Assembly (NCBI RefSeq): GCF_006345805.1
Contig: NC_043005.1
Coordinates: 77,314,001-77,378,000, forward strand
Source of the DNA: Octopus sinensis
Taxonomy: Eukaryota
DNA: 64,000 nt
Reading direction: 5' to 3'
In this document: piece by piece, positions 51,144 through 64,000 of the stretch
Numbering within the stretch: the stretch's first letter is position 1
Layout: every line of letters starts with the position of its first letter
Notes under the pieces: model-generated
Databases searched by the model: none
Told to the model about the DNA's origin: nothing
Seen by the model: the letters and a program-made list of their open reading frames with translations, nothing else
Program-made: the position numbers and the translations under genes

Positions 51144-51971
51144 TGTGTGTATACGTATATATATATTATGTATGTGTGTGGTGTGTGCGGACAGGTAGAT
51201 ATGGATATAGATAATAGATATACATATATATATATATAATATATATATATGTATGCATGTATTATGTATGAATGCATGTATACATAGTTATTCATTTTTT
51301 TCGTATATACAAATGAGACGTCACATCAACGTTCCAATCCATTATATCCATCTATGTATAATTTATTCTCATAACATAACCATTCCTAACCAAACAATGC
51401 GATTTCCTATGGCTGCAGCTCTGAATATTACACAACAGTTTGTCATTGTATCTACTGTATATAATACAACCATAGTTGTTAATGGTTACTGTAGACTTCT
51501 TTTCACAAGGTGGAAATGTGCCGTGGGTGTGTGATGTTTTGTTAATAGACACTTCACATTTAACCTGTCCTGCATCCATAAATTGATATATCGAATATTT
51601 TCTACAATTTGTCCAACGAAGGAGCCTCTATGCGATTGTCCTGTCTGCTAGAGATATCAATAAAATCGCTCTCAAATCTGTCACTACCACCTTAATAAGT
51701 AAAGGACATATTTGATTTATTGGGGAACTTATTTCAAAATATGTTACTTTTCTTAGAGATGTTAATCTTTGTAATGCGTAAGAAAAACGTTAAAGATGCA
51801 TATTCTATGCGTCTTCTTCTTCGGTTTTCGAGTTTTAACCATCAAATTTCTAATCATCCAAGATTTATCTAGAAATAACTATCTCCCTTAGAAAAACGTG
51901 CCACCAGGTGACACCACGTTTTTCCAACGAGTAGTTTTTAAATATGATAAAAAGATGATACGTTATTAACA

Positions 51972-52610
51972 GGAGGCGCGTGGCTATGTGGTTAGGGTCT
52001 CAGTACCATGATCGTAAGATTGTGGTTTCGATTCCTGGACCGGGCGACGCGTTGCGTTCTTGAGCGAAACACTTCATTTCACGTTGCTCCAGTCCATTCA
52101 GCTGGCAAAAATGAGCAACGTCCAGTTTGGGAATACATACACCATAGAAACCGGGAAACCGGGCCCATGAGCCTGACTAGGCTTTAACGAAGGGCGCATT
52201 TATTATTTCTTATACGCTGTTAATAACTTGAAACGCATGTATATATATGTATGTGTGTGTGTGTGTGGCCATGCTGGAGCACCGCATTTTAGTCGAACAA
52301 ATCGAACCAAAGACTTATTCTTTGTAAGCTTGGTACTTATTTTATCGATCTTTTACCGAACCGCTAATTTACGGAGACATAAACGCACCAACATCGGTCA
52401 TCAACACAGATAAACACAGACACATAAATATATGTATATACGTCAGGCTTCTTTCAGTTTCCGTCTACCAAATCCACTCCCAAGACTTGATTCTGCCCGA
52501 GGCAATAGTAGAGGACACTTATCCAAGGTGGAAAGCAGTTGTACGGAACCCAGGATCATGTGGTTGGGGAGCAAGCTTCTTGCCACGCAGCCACGCATGC
52601 GCCATTATGC
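51972..52610. mobile_element. Family C SINE (+, 51972-52200) and family B SINE (minus, 52255-52610)
   Basis: Diagnostic blocks as in the other copies. Confidence 0.85.
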
Positions 52611-52971
52611 ATATATATATATTTGTGTGTGTGTGTGTGCATTATGTATATATACATATATATATTCAAATTACGATGAACGTAAACAAACAAACGAAGT
52701 TTGCTTTAGAAGAGTTGAGATGTCTTAGAAAGTTAAAGAAGTGATTTTAAATTCTTAAACGCCGGATAATGCCAATAATATAGACTGAACAGGATAAGCT
52801 ACCCCTATTTTGCAAAAAGAAAAAGTGTAAAAAAATCTTTAGCTGGTGAGATTTGAATATTTATATAATTAGCAACTAATTACTGCTGGTCAAGCCACAG
52901 TGTTAGGACTCCGTCATTAGTACATACGTATAAACTACAAGTCTGTAGGTTTTAAAATTACCATTCCCAAA

Positions 52972-53530
52972 GGCGGCGAGCTGGCAGAGACGTTAGCACG
53001 CCGGGCGAAATGCGTAGCCGTGTTTCGTCTGTCTTTACGTTCTGAGTTCAAATTCCGCCGAGGTTGACTTTGCCTTTCATCTTTTCGGGATCGATTAAAT
53101 AAGTACCAGTTAAGGCACTGGGGTTGATATAATCGACTTAATCCGTTTGTCTGTCCTTGTTTGTCTTCTCTGTGTTTAGCCCCTTGTGGGCAGTAAAGAA
53201 ATAGGTATTTCGTTCGTTTTAGGTTCAGAGTTCAAATTCCGCTGAGACCAATTTTGCTTTTCATCGTTCTGGTGTCAATAAGATAAGTACCAGTCGAGTA
53301 CTGAGGTCGAAGTAACTGGTTTAACCTTATCCTCAAATTTGTTGGCCTCGTGCCAAAATTAGAATCCGTCCGTGTTTACGCTCTGAGTTCAAATTCCTTC
53401 GAGATCCACTTTGCCTTTCATCATTCTGGGGTCGATAAAATAAGTGCCAGTGGAACACTGTGATCGATGTAATCGACTTACACCCTCCCCCAAAATTGCC
53501 GGTCTTGTGCCGATATTTGAAACCTATATT
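52972..53530 (+). mobile_element. Family A SINE trimer: young unit followed by two older headless bodies
   Basis: Junction gtaaagaaata|ggtatttcgttcg at 53203/53204; third body from ~53366. Confidence 0.88.
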
Positions 53531-53813
53531 ACCATTCCCATTTCTAATCACTTGATAAATTTAATTGCACCCATTGCCGTCTGTACACATTCAATTGATT
53601 GTCTTTCCATTTGATTATTTCTACCAAGTTTGATGCCAAATTTACATGGAATTACTAATTCCACTAATGTATTTTTGTTTCCACATTAATACAAGAGATC
53701 TGAGACTCTGCACAAAAGCAAAATATCTAGAAAATTAAAAGTATTTATTTCAATCATGAAAGAAGTTTTTTTCTTTTTTACTGATTTCATTTGTTGTAAA
53801 TGGTTTTCATTAG

Positions 53814-53849
<36 letters not shown>

Positions 53850-53902
53850 ACACACATATACAACTTCAAATATATATATATATATATATATATGTATAAT
53901 AT

Positions 53903-53937
<35 letters not shown>

Positions 53938-54206
53938 CAACTATATATATATACTATATATATACACCATACCTAGTCTTATATACATAGATACATACAT
54001 ATATATATATACATATGCATATATATATATATATATATATTATACATATATATGTATGTATGTATCTATGTATACACACACATATATACAAGCGTAACAT
54101 ATGCATACATATATATTGGTCATACATATATACATATATATAGAAGTATATGTATATATATGGAATATATATGTATATATATATGAATATATGTATATAT
54201 ATATCA

Positions 54207-54239
<33 letters not shown>

Positions 54240-54325
54240 GAAGTATATGTTATATATGATATATATGTATATATATATGAATATATATGTATATATATAT
54301 CTATATATAATACATATATATATTA

Positions 54326-54362
<37 letters not shown>

Positions 54363-54454
54363 CATATATGTATATTTATGTGTATGTATATATATATACA
54401 TATTTATATATGCTTGTATGTATGTATGTATCTATGTATGTATGTATGTATACT

Positions 54455-54488
<34 letters not shown>

Positions 54489-54630
54489 GTACATCGACAG
54501 ACAGATAGGCGATTGGGCTTATCTGAAGGTGAAATTTTTAATTAAAACCATTATTCCTCTCTACCTGAGAGTGTTGACTGCTGATTCGCTCAGTTGGTGA
54601 CTGAAGCTCCATGTATCTATCTTCGTAATA

Positions 54631-54701
<71 letters not shown>

Positions 54702-54739
54702 CACGTGAGTTTGTGTGTGCGTGTGTGACTGTATTTTTT

Positions 54740-54964
54740 ACTCTTTTACTGTCGTTTAGCTTTTCTATCCAGCGGCTCTGCCTATGCTGCGGTAGCGCCA
54801 TCAACGTGACTTTTAATTTACTTGATTTAAACGACCTTCCCTTGTTGAAGTTTGATAACGCTGCTCTCATATATGTTTCTTCCCGTGACGTAGACACATC
54901 TAGGATGTCAGACAAAATTTCATCGAAGAATTTTTGGTGAACACATGCGTCTCTGTGTCCTGGA
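54740..54964. other. Unassigned complex island open on both strands; candidate exon
   Basis: Minus: YPGHRDACVHQKFFDEILSDILDVSTSREETYMRAALSNFNKGRSFKSSKLKVTLMALPQHRQSRWIEKLNDSKR. Plus 54773-54936: a strong polypyrimidine acceptor precedes RLCLCCGSAINVTFNLLDL..KNF. Confidence 0.25.
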
Positions 54965-55124
54965 TATCATTTGTGGTTTCAGCAAAGAATTAAAATTCTT
55001 TGGGCCTTTCAGCCAAACATTTTACTTCATCCAATTGTTACTCTAGAACAATGTTTCTCAACGAGGTTCCATTTGACTGTTAGAGGTCTATGTATGATTT
55101 TGTTGCTAATATTTATGTGCGGCT

Positions 55125-55510
55125 GTGTGGGAAGTAGCTTGCTTCCCAACGACATGGTTCCGGGTTTGGTCCCACTGCGTGGCACCTTGGGTAAGTGTCT
55201 TCTACTATAGCCTCGGGCCTTGTGAGTGGGTCGAGTAAACGGAAACTGAAAGAAGCCCGTCGTATATATGTGTATATATATATATATATGTATGTGTGTG
55301 TTTGTGTGTCTGTGTTTGTCCCTCCAACATCGCTTGACATCCTATGCTAGTGTGTGTACGTCCCCGTAAATTAGCGGTTCGGCAAAAAAAAAAAGATCGA
55401 TAGAATAAGTACTAGGCTTACAAAGAATAAGGGGTCGATTTGCTCGACTAAAAGGTGGTGTTCCAGCATGGCCGCAGTCAAATGACTGAAACAAGTAAAA
55501 GAATAAACGA
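55125..55510 (+). mobile_element. Family B SINE
   Basis: Head and tail blocks as at 34740-35197. Confidence 0.9.
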
Positions 55511-55599
55511 AAAAAGAATAAAATAATTTATAATAAAAATGCAGTTGAATGGTTTTTGTACACATCAAATGGTTACATGTGTCTTGTAGAGTAAGATAG

Positions 55600-56610
55600 G
55601 AACCAAAATTGTCTATTGGTTTTTAAAAAATGGTTGATTACCACTAGTCCAAATGGAAAGAGTGTTGGGTTGTTTGGTACTGCTGTGGCATCCAATTCGA
55701 AAGCTGGTATATCTTTGAATCCCAGAATTTAGCTCTAGACACTCCTGCATCTCACTTTGAATATAAATACATGTTTTTCACATCTTGGCTCCAGGAAGTA
55801 GAACCCAGTTCTTTTGGCCTCACCCAGTGGCTCATCTGTTGCATTCAGGCAATCTACTCAGTGTAAGAGTGTTTGATTGCCTTAACCTCTTCTGTTAGTT
55901 TGCCGCTGTATGGTAACCATAATTGGGAACGTTAGTCAAAGCGACTGAGAACAAACGTTCTGAAAAGAACCAATATGTTTTCTTTTTCCTTCGTACTCAA
56001 TGATTTCAGAATCTAGCCAGCCACTTGGTTGCACTTTATTGACATCTCAGTACCGTGCACATGGAATAAGGCATCATTGCTCACATTAATTCTTAGAATA
56101 CTGTTTGTGACAGAAAAATTATAATATCTGATGATCTTGTGTATTCTGGTTGTGATTTGTTTGTTGGGTTGTAGCGGTAAGTTCCAAATTGTCCAACACC
56201 GAACTGAATCTCCTTTTCTTCAACCCTCTAACATACTGTTTTTGATTCTCGCGAAAATGTTTTTATTTTCAAAATTCTTGACTCTCTGTGATAAGTTTGT
56301 AACATGAGCGCTGCTGTTACAAGTGGCTGACTACGACCGAAGGCTTGCTTGAGAGAAACCTCCACAAACGGCAGTCGTCCCAGCACATGAGAGGCAGCAC
56401 ATAGAGTTGATGTTTTCTTGCAGAAACCACTGCCGGCTACAAATGTCTTTGAAAACTTCATACAGCCATTCTCCTGGTTTACCGATTTTTCCAAAAACCA
56501 TGCAGTTTGTGATATATCATCTGTGATCACTTTATCGAAGGCCGTCGCATAGTTGAAGTCTATCATATCTACATTTGAATGCTTGAATTGCAGCTTAAAT
56601 ATCAAGTCGT
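55600..56610 (-). mobile_element. Decayed CR1/L2-group LINE (RT to C-terminus)
   Basis: Minus NVDMIDFNYATAFDKV (cf. VDVIYLDFAKAFDKV) and LGEAKRTGFYFLEPRCEK (cf. WERLK.L.LYSLERRRER). Confidence 0.65.
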
Positions 56611-57276
56611 ATAGTATGAATATGTTAGATTATTTCGATGTGGTAGTGACCCTAGTTTTATATATCTAATGTTTTAAGTATTTTGTTGTTAACCCATACA
56701 TGGGATTTATAAATGGGCAAAATATTTGAGTGTAAATAAGGAGTGATTTATTGTTTCCATTTTCTACATCAAAACAATGAGATCTTTCGTGGTGTTAACA
56801 ATCAATATGATTGAGTGATTGTTTTCATAGTCATTTTAATCATTTCTGACAAGATGACCGAGTGCTCAATTGTAATTAAATTTTGAAATATCAACAAAAT
56901 AGATTAAATTTCTGCAATTGGTGCTTTCAGATACAGCAATAAGACACAATGGTTGCACATGAAATGTCGGAAATTAAACATGAAAGTTGTCCATTAGAAC
57001 ATAAGAACAGTTTTTGCGAAGCATTGGGGCGAGATTGGAAGCTAGCTTTGCAACCATATGGTTTCGGATTCAGCTCAACAACGCGGCACCTTGAACAAAT
57101 GTACTCTACCGAAACCTAAGAATGACCAATGTCGTGTGAGTGAAGTTGATAGTTGTATGTGTGCATGCTTATATGCATATATATATGCGCATATATGCAT
57201 ATATATGTGTATGTATACATATATACATACATATGATATATATATATATATATCAATCTATCTATATATCTCTATG

Positions 57277-57310
<34 letters not shown>

Positions 57311-57312
57311 TG

Positions 57313-57376
<64 letters not shown>

Positions 57377-57409
57377 TGTGTGTGTGTAGTTGAAATTTGC
57401 AGAAAAATA

Positions 57410-57440
<31 letters not shown>

Positions 57441-57649
57441 CACATACATATATATATGTAAATTTGCAAAAAAATAATATATATATAATTTATATTCAGA
57501 TGAATATGGTACTAAAGTTGAAGCACCAGAAGTTAGTTCGGTATTATCCATACAATTTCAAAGTAAGGTGATTAAAATCATAATGAGCTACAAGGATATA
57601 CAGATTACCTCTGGATATCTTTGTTGCTTATTTTGATATATCTTTTTTC

Positions 57650-57915
57650 TCACTCTCTCTCTTTTACTTGTTTCAGTCATTTGACTGCGGCCATGTTGGA
57701 GCACCGCCTTTACTCGAACACACATACGTACACACATATATATATATATATACGACGGGCTTCTTTCAGTTTCCGTCTACCAAATCCACTCACAAAGCTT
57801 TGGTCGACCCAAGGCTATAGTAGAAGACACTTGCCCAAGGTGCCACGCAGTGGGAATGTACCCGGAACCATTTGACTGGTAAGCAAGCTACTTACCACAC
57901 AGCCACTCCTGCGCC
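57650..57915 (-). mobile_element. Family B SINE with internal deletion
   Basis: Head aggcgcaggagtggctgtgtggtaagtagcttgc at 57915; tail cttttacttgtttcagtcatttgactgcggcc. Confidence 0.9.
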
Positions 57916-57924
57916 TATATATAT

Positions 57925-57966
<42 letters not shown>

Positions 57967-57973
57967 AGCATAC

Positions 57974-58055
<82 letters not shown>

Positions 58056-59224
58056 CAGATGTGTATGTGTTTTTTTGTTTTTATGTTTCTGCTGTCTTTT
58101 CACTCTATGTCATTGGACATATATATGTTAACTTCATCAGCCATACCCTTTCCTTCAGGCTTGATGTACTTTGGAAGAGAGTATTATTTTTGTAGCTTTC
58201 TTTCTTCTTTGCTGATTGTTTTAACCGCGGCTTGGAGCTCCGTCTATTCTTACAAATATTTATTTGACTCATACAAAGAAACTCTCTTCAAAAATCGATG
58301 GAATGATGACTGAGAAGCATAGACTCAGACTTGGTTGTGTAGCTTTTGACGTGAACAAAATTGCACTTCCTTCAAAACGATCCCATACCACATAAAATCA
58401 AGCATCTTGAATCATGTAATGCGACGTATTACTTAAACCAAACTCTCGAACCATGTCAGGGTCGAATGTATAAGACAAATATCCAATTCGCCACCAATCA
58501 TCTCTGCCATCCGTAATAAATATTCAAACTGATTAATCATACTAGGAAACTGGTTTATGACGTTAGCTAGATCTGTTTGGAAGATATGATTAATGGAAAG
58601 AGGTACAGGGGGCAGCAACTTAATGGATGATAGGATAATATTATAGCATGGACAGTTCTTGGCATAATTTCCCTGAACCCTTTTGCCAAAGATCGAATAC
58701 TATGGCGACAACTACCCCATGTTAATGCGCATTCTGCAGTCTGTGGAGATAACGGGAATTGATTGATTGTTCTTCATCCACCATTTGACAACTGGTGCTG
58801 GTTTGTTTACACCTCCAAATTTTAGCGGTTTGGCAAATGAGTCCGATAGAATAAGCACCAGACTAAAGACTGAAGTAAGTAAAATATAAATAATAAGTTA
58901 TTTCTGCAAATTTAAATACGTTTCAATGCCGTGATGAGGAATAAAAAACTGAAATTCTAACCAAACTCATTCTTGCGAAAGAAATCATATCCTACAAACA
59001 TCTATTTTATAATCAAAGCCTATGTATTCATGCATTTCCACAACTTCCAAATTAATCCTAATATTTGGAATGTTACTATAGAATTTTTTTCGTATAGCAA
59101 CCACCGCAAATTACCCCAAGCTTTGATTATTCTTGACACATCCGTCCACCATTTCAAAACACATAAGGCTGCACCTAAAATTGAGGGTTGTTACTTATTA
59201 GATTATATTAATCGTCCTTAACGG

Positions 59225-59620
59225 GACAGAAACTTGGACAATGTTCAGAGCAACAGGGAAGAAGACAGATGCGTTTGAGGTTTGGGATTTTCGTAGATTT
59301 GGTACGATAAGCTGGAAAGATGATAACAAACGCCGCTGCACGAGAAAACCTGAAAGTCTAAAGGCACTTAAAGTCACGAATCATGTCCACAAAGCTGTCT
59401 TATTCTGGACATACAATGCATTACGGGTCATCCTGACAAGGTATGCAGAGTGAGAGAGAGCAGGAAAGCATTGAAAACGTTTATGAATGGACAACTCCAA
59501 AGAATGGATCGGAAATATGAGGTTGGCTGATTGTAGGCCTGCAACACAACACATGGAAAAGAGGGTCTTGGCAAGCTTGAACGCAGGGAAGAAACATGGT
59601 TGATGACGATAAAATGTTTA
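59225..59620 (+). mobile_element. RTE LINE C-terminal fragment
   Basis: KKTDAFEVWDFRRFGTISWKD (cf. KIDAFEMWCYRRML.ISWKD). Confidence 0.7.
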
Positions 59621-60569
59621 AGCCAATTTTAGAAATGTTGGTTTAACTATAAATCTATTTAATATTCAACGAATTTTGACATCGAATGAAACTTTCTCAC
59701 ATCATTTTTTAAATAAAATATACCTGCAACGATATGTAAAATTGTATGAAAATTAAATATAAATGCATTGCCTGTGGTAGGTACAGGGGTTAAATAAAGT
59801 TGGAAATATATTTACTAACGTTCTCATATAAACATCTTATCGGACCATATTATCATAACGATTTTCATTAAAACCCAAGAAAGGTTTCCTGGCGTGTTTG
59901 ACCGTTTATATATTTATGACAAAATTAAAACGTTCCAGTTTTCGAGAAAATCTCATCACCATTTTGTTTTATTTTCTTTTTTTTTTTTTTTTTTTCGGAA
60001 TATATAATGGAAAATCGAAATGTAATTTTGACTTAAATTTAATATAAAATTAAGAAACAAAGTAGTCTAGTGGTTCTTGTCGAGGAAAAGATGAGAGAAT
60101 TTCATTTCGCCAATTCTAATTGATAAAATAAAATTGTAGAGAGCAACGACTCGCGTTAAACTCAACAGGTGAGAACATAAATAATCAGAAATTGATGCTA
60201 AGATATATACAATATTCCTGTATAAGAAATAAAACAAACATCAAATTCCTCAGTTATAAATTTGAAAACGACAGAATTATAGCGAAAGGAAAGGATATAG
60301 AAGCAAATAACGCAACATAGGTGACTCACATCATCTTGACAACGTCCATAGGTTAATTAAATATCTAGCACGCAAAGAATGCATAAAATTTTTCAGCACG
60401 CGCGCACACATTCCCATTATACATATATAAATACATTATACAAAGAAATACATATGCACACATTATAGATATAAATACATATATAAAGCCCACATAATAT
60501 TTTATTATAATTGCTATATACACACACACTCAAAATAAATACATATAGAAATATATATATATATATATA

Positions 60570-60592
60570 CTGAGATAGAGCGATAGATAGAC

Positions 60593-60630
<38 letters not shown>

Positions 60631-60631
60631 G

Positions 60632-60677
<46 letters not shown>

Positions 60678-60680
60678 GAT

Positions 60681-60727
<47 letters not shown>

Positions 60728-60728
60728 G

Positions 60729-60811
<83 letters not shown>

Positions 60812-60827
60812 GATAGATAGATAGATA

Positions 60828-60864
<37 letters not shown>

Positions 60865-60911
60865 ATAGATAGATAGATAGATAGATAGATGGATAGATAG
60901 ATAGATAGATC

Positions 60912-60974
<63 letters not shown>

Positions 60975-60975
60975 G

Positions 60976-61044
<69 letters not shown>

Positions 61045-61045
61045 T
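60570..61045. repeat. (GATA)n tract, ~475 bp
   Basis: Direct reading. Confidence 0.97.
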
Positions 61046-61398
61046 CAACTCGCGAATAAATGAAGTGCGTAACTTCCTATAAATAATGAAAAGTTACTAT
61101 TGATATCGGAAAGAAATTTGTATTATCTCCTACCGTTGATGACCGATGTCTAATAAAACGAATTAATACTAAAGGAGCCCAAATTGTAATTAAGTATTTA
61201 TGGAAATCATGTACGATACTTTTCGTAAGCACATATTTAGTATTGCATTCAAAATGCCACCAAGGGATAAATTGCAGAAGTATAGCCATCATGATTAATG
61301 ACCAAACTACTACTTTCATTTATCTCATGCATAAACACATACATACATACATACATACATACATACATACATACATACATACATACATACACACATGC

Positions 61399-61434
<36 letters not shown>

Positions 61435-61438
<4 letters not shown>

Positions 61439-61736
61439 TAGAAAAAAGCCCACCTCTTATCAATTTAATAATGAAAAATTAAATTACACTATCTAGAAAA
61501 TTACCTATTATAGAAAATTAAATATAAGATAAAAATATAACGATGGTTAAGCAATGTACAAAATAATAAATAAAACGTATATATTTGGTTACCTTTTATT
61601 TATTATATTGTACATTACTTAATCATCGTATATTTTTTTATCTTATATTTAATTTTTCTATAATATATAATTTTCTAGATGGTATAATTTAATTTTTCAT
61701 TATTGAATTGATAAAAGGTGGGTTTTTTTCTAATTT
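61435..61736. mobile_element. ~302-bp AT-rich fold-back element (arms ~140 bp, ~18-nt spacer) in (TA)n
   Basis: aaattagaaaaaagcccacctcttatcaatttaataatg.. pairs with ..cattattgaattgataaaaggtgggtttttttctaattt along the whole length. Confidence 0.9.
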
Positions 61737-61816
61737 ATATATATATATTATATTTTGTGACATTTGATTTAGTATTCTAAATTAAATTTTTCCCTGTAAG
61801 TTTGGAATGATATTCC

Positions 61817-61865
<49 letters not shown>

Positions 61866-61909
61866 TGTTGTGTCTAGGGAGAGTCATTTTCTTTTTGTGC
61901 CTTATAATT

Positions 61910-62300
61910 TAACACACAGGCAAAATTTCAGCCATTAGGCTACAGCCGTGCTGGAGCAACTCCTTGAAGGTATTACTGGAACGAATCGACGGCAGTACGG
62001 ATTTTTAGAACCGGGTGCTTATTCTGTCGGTCTCTTTTGCTAAATAAATCAATAGCCGGCCGTGGTGGGACAAACACAAAGACACACACGCACACACAGA
62101 CAGACACACGCACACACACACACACTCACAAACGCATACACATACACACACAAGATGGGTTTCTTTCAATTTCAGTCTACCAATTCTACTTACAGGGCTT
62201 TGGTCGACCCGAGGTTGTAGTAGAAAATACTTGCCCAAGGTGCTGTGCATTGGGAATGAACCCGGAACCACGTTGCTATAAAGCAAAATTCCTACATACA
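61910..62300 (-). mobile_element. Family B SINE, diverged
   Basis: gtagtagaaaatacttgcccaaggtgctg..gaacccggaacca. Confidence 0.8.
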
Positions 62301-62619
62301 CACACGCACAAATATAGATTTACATGTAAATATCTTTGTGTGTGTATTTGCGTGTGTGTATATGCGCGCATGTGTGAGTGCGTACACATATACATATACA
62401 TGCATACATACATTTATCTATTCGTCAGTCTTCCAGATTATGGAGCGCGTCTGTCGAAGAGGATAAAGAGCACTTTCCCAAAATTATGTGAAGTCCAATA
62501 TTCGATGAGCAATTGTGACTGCAGTTATTCCACACAGACGCGCTCGCAAACACAAGGCCAGATACATAAAACACACAATGTGTACGCATCTCAGAATAAT
62601 TGAAAAGAATAACTATATA

Positions 62620-63035
62620 CAGGTAAGTATATGTGTGTGTATATGTTATATATATATATGTTTATGTATATGTGTATGTGTGCATATGCATATATATATA
62701 TATATATACGTATGTATATATGTATATGTATATTTATATATGTATGTATATATGTATATATATATATATACATATATATACATATATATATATATATATG
62801 TGTGTGTATATATACACATATATAGATATATACATATATATACATATATATATGTGTGTGTGTACGTATATATGCTTTTATATTCATATATGTATATATA
62901 TATATATATATATTTATATATGCATATTTATTTATGTACGTACGTATGTGTGCGTGTATGTATGTATGTATGTATGTATTCATGTATGTATGTATATATA
63001 TATATGTATGCGTATATGTATGTAAGCATGTATGC
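62620..63035. repeat. (TA)/(TG)/(TATG) compound tract
   Basis: Direct reading. Confidence 0.95.
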
Positions 63036-63619
63036 ACATTGAATATTCACGCTTCGCATTGTGTTTGGTGTAATGTAAATAATTATGCCGATATGTCTGC
63101 GTCTATGAAAAGATGTTTATGTATTGCTCGATCTGTCTGATCATGTATATATGCATGTCTATGTTGGTGTAATACTATGCTTTAATGTATATGGGTGTGT
63201 AGATAAAAGGGAGTTGTATAAAAGAAACCTATAATTACCTTTCATAGTTGATTTGTTTCCGGTATTTTCTCTATAACATGCTTTAATCTTGGTCTTTATT
63301 GTGTCGAGTTTACTTTTCCATCGAGCAAATCGATTTACCAAAGAGAATCATAGGAACTTGAATAAAGAAAGCAGTCTGGCTACAGGAACATTACGTTCTG
63401 TCTCTGAACGTAGGCACCGATGTTTTAGAAAAGAATAAACGAGATGCCACATTATTTGTGAAATTTATTCATAATGGCAGCTAACGAGAGTCAAACTGCT
63501 CCCAATTTTGGATTGTATGTATTTGTGTGTGTGTGTGTGTTTTGTATGCGTGTGTGTGTGTGTGTGCGTGCGTGTATGTGTGTGCGTGTGTGTGTGAGTG
63601 CTTGTCCCCACCACCCCTT

Positions 63620-63826
63620 GTTGTTGTTGTTGTTGTTGTTGTTAAGCAACAAGACGGGTAAAGGTGATTAGGTGATGGTCTACGTCTTAGGGGCGAGAGA
63701 CCCCAGACCTTGGAAAAAAAAACCTTTGGTCGTCTTGTTGTAGTCGAGGCCTCTTCGTTGACGCCCGACACCACTGGGAGGTGGCCCTCGAAGTCGCTGG
63801 TTCCAAATTCTTGAACGGCCCCAGCA
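63620..63826 (-). mobile_element. GC-rich ~190-bp retroposed fragment with (CAA)n tail inserted into a family B SINE
   Basis: (TTG)n at 63620-63642; probable TSD caccccttg / cacccctcg; host SINE blocks resume at gacaagcggtg..tagcggttcagcaaaaagag. Confidence 0.6.
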
Positions 63827-64000
63827 CCCCTCGACAAGCGGTGTCTTTTAGTATCCATCCCTGTATTGTAGCGGTTCAGCAAAAAGAGCCCGACAAATTA
63901 AGCAGCAGGCTTTGCATGGCCGCCGTCTAATGAATGAAATAGGTGGAGAGTAAAGACGCGCGCGCGCAAATACACACATACACACACAAACACACACACA

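Noticed and set aside
58140-58740. Possible minus-strand RTE RT fragment
   Set aside because: The resemblance is too faint to support without alignment.
59620-60480. Possible DNA transposon end remnants
   Set aside because: I could not pair terminal repeats or find transposase residues.
63277-63438. TM-like open frame HALILVFIVSSLLFHRANRF..
   Set aside because: Only ~53 codons, preceded by an in-frame stop with no suitable acceptor; expected by chance.

Overview
AT-rich eukaryotic DNA dominated by microsatellites and mobile elements. The three tRNA-headed SINE families match my recollection of Octopus repeats, so octopus origin is an inference. I found no complete host gene, rRNA, true tRNA gene or CRISPR array. 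Almost all supplied ORFs are translations of simple repeats or transposon debris. Supported content: (1) a full-length decayed DD34E Tc1 element with IR/DR-type long TIRs (37699-39319); (2) two maT-like mariner remnants; (3) CR1/L2-group, RTE and R4/Dong-like LINE fragments, the R4/Dong ends abutting (TAA)n-type repeats; (4) Penelope-like remnants; (5) dozens of SINEs, several with clear target-site duplications and recurrent self-nested multimers; (6) MITE and fold-back elements; (7) a few weak candidate exons. The standout is a near-perfect tandem dimer (473+472 bp, 26835-27779). Each unit carries a type I hammerhead ribozyme motif with all core residues, a palindromic stem III and a GUC cleavage site. 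Double cleavage would release a 472-nt monomer, a retrozyme or Penelope-pLTR-like architecture that could form circular RNA. Related decayed hammerhead-like motifs occur at 28499-28550 (minus) and about 11281-11378.
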